DNA of 64,000 nucleotides from Patescibacteria group bacterium (lineage in GTDB: Bacteria > Patescibacteriota > Patescibacteriia > UBA9934), in assembly GCA_041666145.1 (NCBI GenBank), contig JBAYHK010000004.1, forward strand, positions 20,542 through 84,541, in the 5' to 3' direction. The position numbers and the translations under genes were made by a program. Positions 28,848 through 40,128 of the stretch are shown piece after piece. The stretch's first letter is position 1. Every line of letters starts with the position of its first letter. The notes under the pieces are model-generated. The model made no database searches, was not told the DNA's origin, and saw only the letters and a list, made by a program, of their open reading frames with translations.

Positions 28848-29285
28848 CTAAACAATCACTGAACCACCCGCTTTACTGATTTTTTCTGCTGCTGTTGCAG
28901 AAACTGCACAGTTCTTCACAGTTACGGCAGCGGAAATTTCTCCGTTACCAAGAATTTTCACCGGCAATGTTTTGTCAGTAATCAGCCCTTTCTTCATTAA
29001 CGTTGTTGGGGTAACGAATTCTCCGGCAATATATTTTGATGCAATCGCGAGGATATTGACCGCCTGTACATGTGGCGCAATAGACTTGAATCCACGAAGC
29101 TTCGGTGTTGCAAGCATGATGTGTCGCATGCCTAAACGCTTCAAACCACCAACACCAGAACGCGCACTCTGACCTTTTTGACCACGACCAGCGGTGGTAC
29201 CGCGTGAACCAAGTCCACGACCAACACGACGCTTTCCGCGTTTTGCACCAAATGCTGGACGGAGTGTAGAGAGAGTAATGGTCAT
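28848..29285 (-). CDS. rplO: 50S uL15
   Basis: RVGRGLGSRGTTAGRGQKGQSARSG. Confidence 0.96.
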   Translation of the reverse strand: MTITLSTLRPAFGAKRGKRRVGRGLGSRGTTAGRGQKGQSARSGVGGLKRLGMRHIMLATPKLRGFKSIAPHVQAVNILAIASKYIAGEFVTPTTLMKKGLITDKTLPVKILGNGEISAAVTVKNCAVSATAAEKISKAGGSVIV

Positions 29286-29286
29286 A

Positions 29287-29883
29287 TTACGCCTTCGTTA
29301 CAAGTTCGACGTCTGGCTTACGGAGTGCTGCAAGCGCCAAGAACGTTGCTTTTGCATTGTTAATCTTATTTCCTGAACCCATAAGTTTCGAGACTGCATT
29401 TGGTACTCCAGCAAGTTCCAAAACCACACGCGTCGGACCACCACATTTCAGTCCAGTACCTTGTGGAGCTGGCTTCAAAAGGACTATCGCAGCAGCAAAT
29501 TTTCGCTGTACCTCATGTGGAAGCGTCTCCTTTACAAGCGGAACGGTGATTAAGGTTTTCTTTGCCTGACGGAATGCCTTTTCAACAGCCATTGCAACGT
29601 CAGCACCTTTAGCAACACCGAAACCTACTCGACCTCGACGGTCACCGATCACAAGACTTGCGCGAAAACGCATACGCTTTCCACCTTTTGTAACACGAGT
29701 AACGCGAGCAAGTTCAAGAATCTTTTGTTCGAATTCTCTTGGCTCTCGGTCATCGCGACGACCGCCACGAGGGCCGCCTTTTCCGCGACCTTCACCACGA
29801 CCGCCACCGCCCTGACGACCACCACGGGCATTCCCGCGAGGACTTGCTGTATTGCCCACCGTTGTTTTTGCTACGTCGGTCAT
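29287..29883 (-). CDS. rpsE: 30S uS5
   Basis: RVTRVTKGGKRMRFRA. Confidence 0.96.
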   Translation of the reverse strand: MTDVAKTTVGNTASPRGNARGGRQGGGGRGEGRGKGGPRGGRRDDREPREFEQKILELARVTRVTKGGKRMRFRASLVIGDRRGRVGFGVAKGADVAMAVEKAFRQAKKTLITVPLVKETLPHEVQRKFAAAIVLLKPAPQGTGLKCGGPTRVVLELAGVPNAVSKLMGSGNKINNAKATFLALAALRKPDVELVTKA

Positions 29884-29886
29884 AGG

Positions 29887-30246
29887 TTAGAACTGAAGGC
29901 CGTTTTCGCGACATGCCTGAGCAAGCGCGGCAACACGACCATGATAAATATACGAACCACGATCAAAAATGACCGCAGTCACACCAGCAACAACTGCAGC
30001 TTTTGCAAGATCAACACCAACAAGCGCTGCACGTGCCATTGGCTTGTTACTTCCAGACATTTTCAAATCAGAAGCAGCACAAATCGTCACACCAGTATCA
30101 TCATTGATAAGCTGTGCACTAATGTGCTTGTCTGAACGGAAAACCGTCAAACGTGGACGAAGGGCTGTTCCATGAATTTTTGCGCGAGTACGGATAGCAC
30201 GACGTTTGGTGCCATGACGTTTCGCGAGGATATTCTTTCGCAACAT
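29887..30246 (-). CDS. rplR: 50S uL18
   Basis: RPRLTVFRSDKHISAQ, FDRGSYIYHGRV. Confidence 0.96.
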   Translation of the reverse strand: MLRKNILAKRHGTKRRAIRTRAKIHGTALRPRLTVFRSDKHISAQLINDDTGVTICAASDLKMSGSNKPMARAALVGVDLAKAAVVAGVTAVIFDRGSYIYHGRVAALAQACRENGLQF

Positions 30247-30254
30247 AGGAGAGA

Positions 30255-30806
30255 TTAATCGCTCTTCGCGGCCTTACCTGCCTTACGGCGGATGATTTCA
30301 TCAGTGTAACGGAATCCCTTGCCCTTATAAGGCTCAGGCTTCTTCATTGCACGGATTTCTGCAGCAACCTTTCCAACGATCGCGGCATCAATTCCGCTGA
30401 TGGTCAAAATATTTCCTTCAATCTTTGCAACAATTCCGTCTGGAAGATCGAACTTAACTTCATGAGAAAATCCAAGCGAAAATACAAGTGTATTTCCCTG
30501 CACGTTCATCTTGAACCCAACACCATTTAGCTCCAATGACTTTGAGTATCCCTCACTAACACCAATAACCATTTGTGCAACAAGTGCACGCATAGTTCCC
30601 CAGATTGCGCGGTCTGCACGCTCTGGATCCTTTACCGTTACATCAAGACGATCCACGCCATCTTCCGAAGATAGCGAGACCTTCGCATGCGGATGAAGGG
30701 TCAATGAAAGCTCGCCTTTTGGACCCTTAACGATCACGACGCCTGCATTAATTGTTGCGGTGATGCCTGCTGGCAGAAACACCGGTTTTTTTCCAATGCG
30801 AGACAT
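30255..30806 (-). CDS. rplF: 50S uL6
   Basis: MSRIGKKP, KPEPYKGKG. Confidence 0.96.
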   Translation of the reverse strand: MSRIGKKPVFLPAGITATINAGVVIVKGPKGELSLTLHPHAKVSLSSEDGVDRLDVTVKDPERADRAIWGTMRALVAQMVIGVSEGYSKSLELNGVGFKMNVQGNTLVFSLGFSHEVKFDLPDGIVAKIEGNILTISGIDAAIVGKVAAEIRAMKKPEPYKGKGFRYTDEIIRRKAGKAAKSD

Positions 30807-30807
30807 A

Positions 30808-31203
30808 TTAGTAGATTTCGCAGATAAGTTCGCCACCCAAACGACGCTTGTGCGCTTCCTTATTTGTCATTAAGCCATTTGGCGTTGAAACAATCGCAAA
30901 CCCGAATCCTGAACGAACAGTCTTAAGTTTGTCTGCCTTTACGTAAACACGACAGCTTGGCTTGCTCTTGCGAACAATCGAGGAAATGGCAGGTGCGCCA
31001 CCATCACGATAAACAAGATGCACACGAAGCATTGGCCTTGAACCATCTTGGAATGATTCGACGCCAGAAAGATATCCTTCTTTTTCAAGGATCTTTGCCA
31101 TCGCAAATTTCATTTGTGACATCGGCATGTCAGCCACCGTTGCGTGAGCAGAGCTCGCGTTACGGATACGGGTGAGCATGTCGGAAATCGGGTCGGTCAT
31201 CAT
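30808..31203 (-). CDS. rpsH: 30S uS8
   Basis: MTDPISDMLTRIRNA, LGGELICEIY. Confidence 0.96.
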   Translation of the reverse strand: MMTDPISDMLTRIRNASSAHATVADMPMSQMKFAMAKILEKEGYLSGVESFQDGSRPMLRVHLVYRDGGAPAISSIVRKSKPSCRVYVKADKLKTVRSGFGFAIVSTPNGLMTNKEAHKRRLGGELICEIY

Positions 31204-31207
31204 AGAA

Positions 31208-31393
31208 TTACCAGCTTGCTTTTCGAATACCAGGAATCTCACCAACGTTCGCAAGTTCACGGAAGCAGATACGGCAGAGGCCGAATGCTCTCATGAAAAA
31301 GCGCTTTCGACCACAGCGCCAGCATCGATGCACAACACGCGAGCTGAACTTCGGCGTCTTTGCCGACTTCGCAATTTGATTCGTTGTTGCCAT
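31208..31393 (-). CDS. rpsN: 30S uS14, Zn-binding type
   Basis: RCWRCGR...LCRICFRE..PGIRKASW. Confidence 0.95.
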   Translation of the reverse strand: MATTNQIAKSAKTPKFSSRVVHRCWRCGRKRFFMRAFGLCRICFRELANVGEIPGIRKASW

Positions 31394-31396
31394 AGC

Positions 31397-31945
31397 TTAT
31401 TTCTCTTGCGTTGGAGCGAACGGAAATCCGAGCGCTTTGAGGAGTGCAAGGCCTTCCTCATGATTCTTTGCGGTTGTTGTGATCGTTATCTGAAGGCCGT
31501 GAAGTGTTTCAATCTCATCTGGGTGTATTTCGGGAAACGCAATGTGCTCAGTAAAGCCATAGTTGAAATTTCCCTGACTATCCACTGCAGATTCTGGAAT
31601 GCCTCGAAAGTCTCGGATACGGGCAAACGCTATGTTTATGAGCTTCGTGAGGAAATCCCACATTCGCTTTCCGCGAAGCGTCACCATAACACCAACGATC
31701 ATTCCCTCACGAATCTTGAATCCAGCGATAGACTTCTTTGCTTTGGTACGAACTGGCTGTTGGCCAGTAATGCGGCGAAGAGTCTCTACCACGATATCTG
31801 CAAATTTTGCATCTTTTCCCTTTCCAAAGCCTGCATTGATCGTAAGCTTTGTAATAGACGGGGTATCGTGTGCATTTTTGTAACCAAATTGGCTACGCAA
31901 TGCTGGACCAATCTCTTTTTGCATTTTTTCTTGGAGGTTCTGCAT
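31397..31945 (-). CDS. rplE: 50S uL5
   Basis: ITGQQPVRTKAKKSIAGFKIREG. Confidence 0.96.
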   Translation of the reverse strand: MQNLQEKMQKEIGPALRSQFGYKNAHDTPSITKLTINAGFGKGKDAKFADIVVETLRRITGQQPVRTKAKKSIAGFKIREGMIVGVMVTLRGKRMWDFLTKLINIAFARIRDFRGIPESAVDSQGNFNYGFTEHIAFPEIHPDEIETLHGLQITITTTAKNHEEGLALLKALGFPFAPTQEK

Positions 31946-31946
31946 A

Positions 31947-32273
31947 CTATCCAATTTCAGTAATTCCCTTCTTCGTACGGAGCACGCGAACTTTTTGTTT
32001 ACGACCGTCATCCTTTGTAACAAATGAATAACCCACTCTTCCTTTTAGCCCGCCCTCTCCGATCACCGCAACACGCGATGCTGGAAGAGGGGCAAAAAAT
32101 GTCACACGCTGTCCAGGAACGCCCTTTCCTTTGGCCTTCACATGTTTTGTCGCCTGATTGACTCCGTCAACCACGACAAGCCCACGTGATGGAAAGGTTT
32201 GAATAACTTTCCCTTCTTTCCCTTTATGTTTGCCCGCAAGAACGCGGACATTGTCTCCTGTTTTAATTTTCAT
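31947..32273 (-). CDS. rplX: 50S uL24
   Basis: MKIKTGDNVRVLAGKHKGKEG. Confidence 0.95.
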   Translation of the reverse strand: MKIKTGDNVRVLAGKHKGKEGKVIQTFPSRGLVVVDGVNQATKHVKAKGKGVPGQRVTFFAPLPASRVAVIGEGGLKGRVGYSFVTKDDGRKQKVRVLRTKKGITEIG

Positions 32274-32282
32274 AGGAGATAT

Positions 32283-32654
32283 CTAGAGAACTTCAGGAGC
32301 AAGAGACACGATCTTTGTAAACCCTTCCGCGCGCAATTCACGGGCGATCGGTCCAAAGATACGCGTTCCTTTTGGTTCCTTAGAAGCGCGGTTAATAATG
32401 ACACCTGCATTTTCATCAAAACGAATGTAAGAACCGTCCTTTCGACGAACCTCTTTGCGCGTACGAACAATAACCGCATGAACGACGTCACTCTTCTTTA
32501 CTGACGTATGAGGAGCTGCCTCCTTTACCACCGCCGTTACCACGTCACCCAAACGCGCGTACCGCTTTTTATAGCCGCCGAGCACTCGAATGACTTGGAG
32601 TTTTTTTGCGCCGGTATTATCCGCGACGCCCATCATGGATCGATGTTGCAACAT
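32283..32654 (-). CDS. rplN: 50S uL14
   Basis: [24 protein letters not shown]. Confidence 0.97.
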   Translation of the reverse strand: MLQHRSMMGVADNTGAKKLQVIRVLGGYKKRYARLGDVVTAVVKEAAPHTSVKKSDVVHAVIVRTRKEVRRKDGSYIRFDENAGVIINRASKEPKGTRIFGPIARELRAEGFTKIVSLAPEVL

Positions 32655-32665
32655 ACAATGGCTGG

Positions 32666-32926
32666 TTATGTCTGGTTTACAGACACCACGCGCCAGCGCT
32701 TTCGCGCAGAGAGTGGACGCGTTTCTTCAATAGTCACTTCCTCACCTTCTTTCGCTACCATCTTTTCATCGTGTGCCATGAACTTCGTGCTCACAACATA
32801 TCGCTTTCCGTACTTTGGATGAACCTCGGTTCGATCTACACGAACAACCACCGTTTTTGGCGTCTTATTTGCAGACACGACAATGCCGATAAACTGACGG
32901 CGCATTGGTTTAATAATTTTTTCCAT
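32666..32926 (-). CDS. rpsQ: 30S uS17
   Basis: [21 protein letters not shown]. Confidence 0.95.
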   Translation of the reverse strand: MEKIIKPMRRQFIGIVVSANKTPKTVVVRVDRTEVHPKYGKRYVVSTKFMAHDEKMVAKEGEEVTIEETRPLSARKRWRVVSVNQT

Positions 32927-32929
32927 ACT

Positions 32930-33124
32930 TTACGAGGTTTTGAGAACAGATAGTTGTGTTTCCATTCGAGCAATACGCTTCTTTGCTTCACGTACTGTTC
33001 GAACTGCACGGAGTTGACCTACAGAAATTTTGAGTGCCATATCGCGGAGTTTTGCGCGCTCCTCAGCAATCATGCCAAGAAGTTCTTTTGCGCTCATCCC
33101 AAGGAAAGGGTTTGTTTTCGACAT
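32930..33124 (-). CDS. rpmC: 50S uL29
   Basis: Synteny; VREAKKRIARMET. Confidence 0.9.
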   Translation of the reverse strand: MSKTNPFLGMSAKELLGMIAEERAKLRDMALKISVGQLRAVRTVREAKKRIARMETQLSVLKTS

Positions 33125-33128
33125 AGGA

Positions 33129-33542
33129 CTAAGCTCGAGTAACTGTTTTTGTCTTTACTGGAAGCTTGTAGGCAGCAAGACGAAAAGCCTCTGCTGCAAC
33201 CTCTGGAGTCACACCATCCATCTCAAACATGACAGTTCCGGCACGGACAGGAGTCATGTAGTAGTCAACCGCACCCTTTCCCTTACCCATAGGAGCTTCA
33301 GCTCCATGGTTCGTAACTGGATGGTCTGGAAAAATACGGATCCAGATCTTTCCACCACGCTTAATCGCACGCGTCATGGCACGACGAGCCGCCTCGATCT
33401 GTCGCGCGGTTACCCACGCTTCAGTCGTAGCCTTTAGGCCGAACGAGCCAAATGCGACGTCCGTCTTTTGTGTCGCTAAGCGATCACCAGCGGTTCGACG
33501 CTTGTGCCACTTGCGATATTTCATTTTTTTCGGAAGCAACAT
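33129..33542 (-). CDS. rplP: 50S uL16
   Basis: [22 protein letters not shown]. Confidence 0.96.
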   Translation of the reverse strand: MLLPKKMKYRKWHKRRTAGDRLATQKTDVAFGSFGLKATTEAWVTARQIEAARRAMTRAIKRGGKIWIRIFPDHPVTNHGAEAPMGKGKGAVDYYMTPVRAGTVMFEMDGVTPEVAAEAFRLAAYKLPVKTKTVTRA

Positions 33543-33553
33543 ACGAAGATAGC

Positions 33554-34264
33554 TTACGTTCGCGGACCGCGAGATGCGGCCGGATGCTGTTCAGCAGACT
33601 CTGCCTGTACCGGTGCTGATGCTGTAGTGAAAACATCGCCACGATAAATCCACACCTTCACACCAATCACACCAAAAATAGTATTTGCACGCACACGAGC
33701 AAAGTCGATATCTGCACGAAGATTATGCAAAGGAATACTGCCGTGGGCGATAGTTTCTGTTCGAGCAATTTCTGAACCGTTCAAACGGCCAGAAAGCGTC
33801 AACTTCACACCACGAGCCCCTCCTTTTGTCACTCGCTCAATCGCCATTTTCATAGAACGACGGAACGGCAAACGTTGTTCAATTTCACGCGCAATCTGTT
33901 CTCCAACAATCTGCGCAGACAACATTGGGCGACTGACTTCCTCAACATTTATGTTAAGTGTGACACGCTGACCTCTATAGAACTCCTTCATGAGTTTCTT
34001 TTTAAGATCTTCGATTCCTGCCCCAGCACGGCCGATGATAACACCAGGCTTTGCAGCACGGATCGTGATAGTAACGCGCTTCGGCGTGCGATCGATTCCA
34101 ATGGAATCAAGACCAACATCACGCAAACTCTTACGCAAGAACTCACGAATATTCACGTCTTCGCGAAGTGCTGAAACAAATTGCTTACCGCGGGCGAACC
34201 ACTTAGAATCCCACGTATAAATCGTGGAAAGACGGAAGACTTTTGGATTGACTTTATGACCCAT
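33554..34264 (-). CDS. rpsC: 30S uS3
   Basis: [29 protein letters not shown]. Confidence 0.96.
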   Translation of the reverse strand: MGHKVNPKVFRLSTIYTWDSKWFARGKQFVSALREDVNIREFLRKSLRDVGLDSIGIDRTPKRVTITIRAAKPGVIIGRAGAGIEDLKKKLMKEFYRGQRVTLNINVEEVSRPMLSAQIVGEQIAREIEQRLPFRRSMKMAIERVTKGGARGVKLTLSGRLNGSEIARTETIAHGSIPLHNLRADIDFARVRANTIFGVIGVKVWIYRGDVFTTASAPVQAESAEQHPAASRGPRT

Positions 34265-34267
34265 AGG

Positions 34268-34612
34268 TTAGGTATTCGACGATTTCGGCGCCACCACAAT
34301 TGTGATGTGCGACATACGGTGACGAATTGGTGTTGCGCGACCCTGTGCTCTAGGCGTAGAACGCTTGATCTTTGGCCCTTCGTCCACATACGCCCTAACC
34401 ACAAATAATCCTTCATCACTCAGCTTTGCATTATTCACTGCATTTGCAACTGCAGAATTTAATGTCTTCAAGACCGACTTTGCAGAGATCTTTGTTGACA
34501 CCGCTAATTGATGACGAGCTTCACGAACTGACTTGCCACGAATCAAGCTCACCACAAGACGAGTCTTGCGTGGCGCGATTCGGATAAATTTTGCTTGTGC
34601 TTTCACTTCCAT
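34268..34612 (-). CDS. rplV: 50S uL22
   Basis: IRIAPRKTRLV, PRAQGRA. Confidence 0.96.
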   Translation of the reverse strand: MEVKAQAKFIRIAPRKTRLVVSLIRGKSVREARHQLAVSTKISAKSVLKTLNSAVANAVNNAKLSDEGLFVVRAYVDEGPKIKRSTPRAQGRATPIRHRMSHITIVVAPKSSNT

Positions 34613-34623
34613 AGATTCGTGGT

Positions 34624-34929
34624 CTAACGAGCGAGTTTATTCGCTGATGGCGCAGCAGCAGGAGCTGCAGCTGCCTTTCCAGAATGACGAACAAACTTTC
34701 GCGTCAAAGAAAACTCACCAAGTTTGTGACCGACCATGTTCTCAACAATACGAACCTGCAAGAATTCACGACCATTGTGTACACCGAATGTGAAACCAAC
34801 CATTTCTGGAGTAATTGTCGATGCACGAGCCCAAGTTTTGATGACAGTTTTGTCACCTGACCGGAGCTTCCCGACTTTCTTCATGAATTTTTGGTCTACG
34901 TAAGGACCTTTTTTGAGACTTCGTGGCAT
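34624..34929 (-). CDS. rpsS: 30S uS19
   Basis: [19 protein letters not shown]. Confidence 0.97.
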   Translation of the reverse strand: MPRSLKKGPYVDQKFMKKVGKLRSGDKTVIKTWARASTITPEMVGFTFGVHNGREFLQVRIVENMVGHKLGEFSLTRKFVRHSGKAAAAPAAAPSANKLAR

Positions 34930-34932
34930 AGG

Positions 34933-35781
34933 CTAGGATTTGCGTTTTGCTGCGTGACGACTTCGAACGATGAATGAACTTGATGGCTTCTTGCTCTTAC
35001 GAGTATGCACACCAAGCGCTTTCTTTCCTGTTGGCGTACGAGGCTCAGTCAAACCAATAGAATTTCGAGCTTCTCCTCCACCATGCGGGTGATCGACTGG
35101 ATTCATGGCCTTGCCACGAACCGTTGGACGAATGCCACGATTACGCGTACGGCCAGCTTTTCCCCATCGAACAAGTCGCCAGTCCGGATTTGAAACAGTA
35201 CCAATCGTTGCCATGCAATCTTTTGCAACCATGCGAACTTCACCAGATGGTAATCGAAGTGTTACGCGATCGCCTTCAATGGCAAGTAATTCCGCAGCAA
35301 GACCAGCACCACGAACTAATTGACCACCCTTTCCAGGCATAAGTTCAATATTGTGAACTTGCATACCGACTGGAATCTTTTCAAGAGGAAAACGATTTCC
35401 CATTATAGGTTCACCGCGTTCTTTTGAAGAAACGATTTTCATCCCTACCGTGAGACCGAAAGGGGCAAGAACATAGCGCTTCTCTCCATCGGCGTAAGCA
35501 AGAAGTGCAACACGAGCGCCGCGATTTGGATCATATTCGATCGTCTGAACATTTGCTGGAATGTCGTATTTATCACGCTTCCAGTCAATAAGACGAATGT
35601 GACGACGTGATCCACCGCCACGATGACGAACGGAAATATGCCCCTTTGCACCACGACCAGCCATCTGCTTTTTTGGAGCAAGTAATGACTTCTCTGGTGA
35701 TGTTGAGGTGATGTCTGCAAACGACTGAACGCTCGACTTACGACGACCAGCAGTCGTTGGTTTGTATTGGATAATAGCCAT
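34933..35781 (-). CDS. rplB: 50S uL2
   Basis: IEYDPNR, AMNPVDHPHGGGE. Confidence 0.97.
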   Translation of the reverse strand: MAIIQYKPTTAGRRKSSVQSFADITSTSPEKSLLAPKKQMAGRGAKGHISVRHRGGGSRRHIRLIDWKRDKYDIPANVQTIEYDPNRGARVALLAYADGEKRYVLAPFGLTVGMKIVSSKERGEPIMGNRFPLEKIPVGMQVHNIELMPGKGGQLVRGAGLAAELLAIEGDRVTLRLPSGEVRMVAKDCMATIGTVSNPDWRLVRWGKAGRTRNRGIRPTVRGKAMNPVDHPHGGGEARNSIGLTEPRTPTGKKALGVHTRKSKKPSSSFIVRSRHAAKRKS

Positions 35782-35783
35782 AC

Positions 35784-36212
35784 TTAGGCAGCAAAGACGT
35801 CAATCATTTTTCCCGCTGGCAACGTTACCATCGCCTTCTTGTATCCCTTTGTTTTTCCTTGTGTCCTGCCAAAGTGTGTTGACTGTGGTCGGACGGTGAT
35901 GACATTCACTTTCACTGGAACCACGTTATACAATTCTTTAATCGCTTGCTTCACTGCAACACGAGTTGCGTGTGACGCAACACGAAAAACAAGAACGTTT
36001 TTTTCTGCAAGCGCCGCAGACTTTTCAGTAACAAGTGGCGCAAGGATTGTTTCAGAAGCAAAACGAGAAACCACCTTGAATACTGCAGCTGGTACTTCAG
36101 ACTTTTTCGCGACGACTTTTTTTGCCGCAGACGTTTTTTTTGCAATAACAGCTGCTGTCTTTTCAGACTTCACTGTTTTTACTTCAACGTCGTTTTCTGT
36201 AATCGTATTCAT
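35784..36212 (-). CDS. rplW: 50S uL23 with Lys/Ala-rich N-terminal extension
   Basis: PLVTEKS, VKQAIKELYNV, YKKAMVTL. Confidence 0.93.
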   Translation of the reverse strand: MNTITENDVEVKTVKSEKTAAVIAKKTSAAKKVVAKKSEVPAAVFKVVSRFASETILAPLVTEKSAALAEKNVLVFRVASHATRVAVKQAIKELYNVVPVKVNVITVRPQSTHFGRTQGKTKGYKKAMVTLPAGKMIDVFAA

Positions 36213-36215
36213 ACT

Positions 36216-36848
36216 TTAAACGGTAAAGGTCTTGATCATGGTCTCAATCGCAGCCTTTGAAGCAAGAATTGTTCGATATTTCGCTGCATCGCGAACGTTC
36301 AAGCTATGCGCTTGAATCACCACTGTCCAAGGCAAATTTTGTACCGCACGACGAGCAACAGAATCTCCTTTAGCAACAACAACGAGCGCTGTTCCTTTTG
36401 CACCAGGCAATGCCTCACGCATTTGTGCGGCAAATTTTGTTTTTGCTTCTGGAAATGAAAAATCCTCAACAGCAACAAACGCACCATCTTGTAGCTTATC
36501 TGAAAGAACCATCGCGAGCGCTGCACGCTTCATCTTCTTATTTAGCTTCACGGAGAAATTCCGTTCTGCAAGAGGACCATGCGTAACACCACCACCAATC
36601 CAAATCGGCGAACGGCTCGAGCCGTGACGTGCGCGGCCAGTACCCTTCTGCTTCCATGGTTTCTTTCCACCACCAGAAACTTGACTACGATCTTTTGTAT
36701 GCGACAAAACAACGCGTGAATTTGCATCTTGCGCAACAATAACGTCATGAATGACATTTGAATTTGCAGGAACAGCAAACAATGCATCAGGCAACGTCAT
36801 CATGCCAGCATCCTTCCCTTGCCAATTGTAGACTTTTACTTCAGCCAT
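36216..36848 (-). CDS. rplD: 50S uL4
   Basis: GGGKKPWKQKGTGRARHGS. Confidence 0.97.
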   Translation of the reverse strand: MAEVKVYNWQGKDAGMMTLPDALFAVPANSNVIHDVIVAQDANSRVVLSHTKDRSQVSGGGKKPWKQKGTGRARHGSSRSPIWIGGGVTHGPLAERNFSVKLNKKMKRAALAMVLSDKLQDGAFVAVEDFSFPEAKTKFAAQMREALPGAKGTALVVVAKGDSVARRAVQNLPWTVVIQAHSLNVRDAAKYRTILASKAAIETMIKTFTV

Positions 36849-37459
36849 ACATTTCCATCAGTTGCGAAAATAGTCACCAAGCTTCCACGTGCACCAGGAA
36901 CCGCACCCTTAATTCCTATAATGTTCTTCTCTGTATCTATAGTGACGACTTCAAGGTTTTTCACCGTCACACGATCGCTTCCCATTCTACCGGCCATACG
37001 CATGCCTTTGAAAACACGCTGAATACCACCGGCACCAATAGAACCAGACTTGCGTTCCTGGTCTTTATGACCGTGTGTACGTGGATGGCCATGGAAACCA
37101 TGGCGCTTCACCACACCCTGGAACCCGCGACCCTTTGAAGTACCGACAATATTTACAACGTCACCAAGATTAAACGTCGCTACAGTAATAACTTCCCCTC
37201 GATTGATAGACTCTCCGTCTACAACTGGGAACTGACGCATAGTACGAAACTGTCCAAGATCACCAGTTTCTCCAACCTGCGCTTTTGCAACGCCTGTTGT
37301 TTTATCAAAACCGATTACCACGACTGCTCGTCCTTGCGCGTCTTTCCGTGTACCGACCACCACCGATGGCTCAGCCTCGATGAGTGTCACCGGAACAACC
37401 GACCCATCTGGGCGGAAAACCTGTGACATTGCAACTTTTTTTCCGAGAAGCACTTTCAT
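36836..37459 (-). CDS. rplC: 50S uL3
   Basis: SKGRGFQGVVKRHGF, KGMRMAGRMG. Confidence 0.97.
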   Translation of the reverse strand: MKVLLGKKVAMSQVFRPDGSVVPVTLIEAEPSVVVGTRKDAQGRAVVVIGFDKTTGVAKAQVGETGDLGQFRTMRQFPVVDGESINRGEVITVATFNLGDVVNIVGTSKGRGFQGVVKRHGFHGHPRTHGHKDQERKSGSIGAGGIQRVFKGMRMAGRMGSDRVTVKNLEVVTIDTEKNIIGIKGAVPGARGSLVTIFATDGNVWLK

Positions 37460-37781
37460 AGTCTTTCGTTCATACGGCTAGCCGTAGAGGAACGTGAGGA
37501 ATTAAGGCTTTTCAACGAAAAAACCAGAAGCATCGATCGTGAATACCACGTTTCGATAACTTCTAGCCCAAAACAACACACGAACAGATGAAGTTGTTAG
37601 GGTTTTTGATGAGTTGAAAAGGGTTCTCCAAACTTCGCACGAATCGACGAGAAGGTTTTCCACTGAAGCCTGAGCCTAAGCGGATCTTTCTTCTCGGTTC
37701 GTTTTGAAGCGTTTGTGCAGTGGGAACTGCGATGAAGCAATCTCATTTGAGCTTACCTCGTCGCAGTTCTCACTACGATAA
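37460..37781 (-). ncRNA. Long structured rpsJ-rplC spacer (three long hairpins)
   Basis: Pairings ~37508-37621, ~37633-37709, 37719-37774; no ORF. Confidence 0.5.
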
Positions 37782-38117
37782 TTACATTTTTATTTCGATA
37801 TCGACACCTGCTGGAAGATTGAGGCTCATGAGCGCGTCAATCGTACGTTCTGTTGGACTCACAATGTCGATGAGACGCTTGTGAACACGCATTTCGTACT
37901 GATCTCTGGAAGTCTTATCAATGAACGTTGAACGGTTCACTGTAAAACGTCGAATCTCGGTTGGCAATGGAACAGGGCCGAGAACTTCTGCGCCGCTTCG
38001 CTCTGCAGTCTTAATGATCGTCTGCGTTGCTGAGTCTATGATCTTATGATCATACGCACGAATCTTGATCCGAATACGCTGTTTTACGTCTTCTTTTGTT
38101 TTTATCGCGTCAGTCAT
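37782..38117 (-). CDS. rpsJ: 30S uS10
   Basis: [24 protein letters not shown]. Confidence 0.97.
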   Translation of the reverse strand: MTDAIKTKEDVKQRIRIKIRAYDHKIIDSATQTIIKTAERSGAEVLGPVPLPTEIRRFTVNRSTFIDKTSRDQYEMRVHKRLIDIVSPTERTIDALMSLNLPAGVDIEIKM

Positions 38118-38187
38118 AGTGAAAAGGGCATTTTGGTACAGAGGAAGGGAGAGTGTTTAGCTCTCCCTTCATGTCTTTACATCAAGG

Positions 38188-39375
<1,188 letters not shown>

Positions 39376-39514
39376 ACGTGGAAATTATGCCCGGCGTCTT
39401 GGAATGAGCACCGATGGCGTGAGTGATTATTTTCGTGAAGAAAAATGTGGCGAGAGTGTAGCAAAACCAAGAAAATCACGCAAGTCTCCCTATACACCAA
39501 GAAATAGATTCCGC

Positions 39515-39976
39515 TCAATCAATGCGTTCAAGGTAGAACTCCTCTTCCCCACCACTAGAAACCCGAGGCATCTTTTGCATGCCTTCCTTAGCTTTTTCTT
39601 TAATTTCAACGACTTCCGGTGCGGTCCATAACGACTTCAATGCCTCTTCATCAACATCAGCCTCATCCAGCACAGATTCCTCAATCTCGTCCCCGCTAGC
39701 AATTGGTGCGTCCTCAATCTGAATATCTTCAATCTCATCTTCCTTGCTCTCCGACATCCAAGACTCTAAGGCGGCAACTTCCATCTGCTCTTCTGTGGCA
39801 CCCTCCGATGAAACCTGGAGCTCCCCCATCTCAAGCGCCCCGTCAATCAGCAACTCATATTCATTCAATGGCAAAATCACCAGTGGCTCTTCTTTTCCCT
39901 CTTCATCCGTAACAATAATCCTATCCCCCGTTTTCCGAGCTAGCCGCAACAACCGAGAAAAATGATTATTCGCCAT
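39515..39976 (-). CDS. Acidic hypothetical protein
   Basis: LLRLARKTGDRIIV...EEEFYLE; SD-less start. Confidence 0.75.
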   Translation of the reverse strand: MANNHFSRLLRLARKTGDRIIVTDEEGKEEPLVILPLNEYELLIDGALEMGELQVSSEGATEEQMEVAALESWMSESKEDEIEDIQIEDAPIASGDEIEESVLDEADVDEEALKSLWTAPEVVEIKEKAKEGMQKMPRVSSGGEEEFYLERID

Positions 39977-40128
39977 ATGAAGGCATCTTAGGGAGAGAGG
40001 GAGAAAAGGGCAAGAATCTTTACTCTTTCACAAATTTATGCTATCATTTTTCGTTATTTTCAAGGGCGGCTTGCTCAATATTCATAAGAAATTGTGAGTA
40101 GCGAGCAACCCTGTCCGGAGAATAACCC

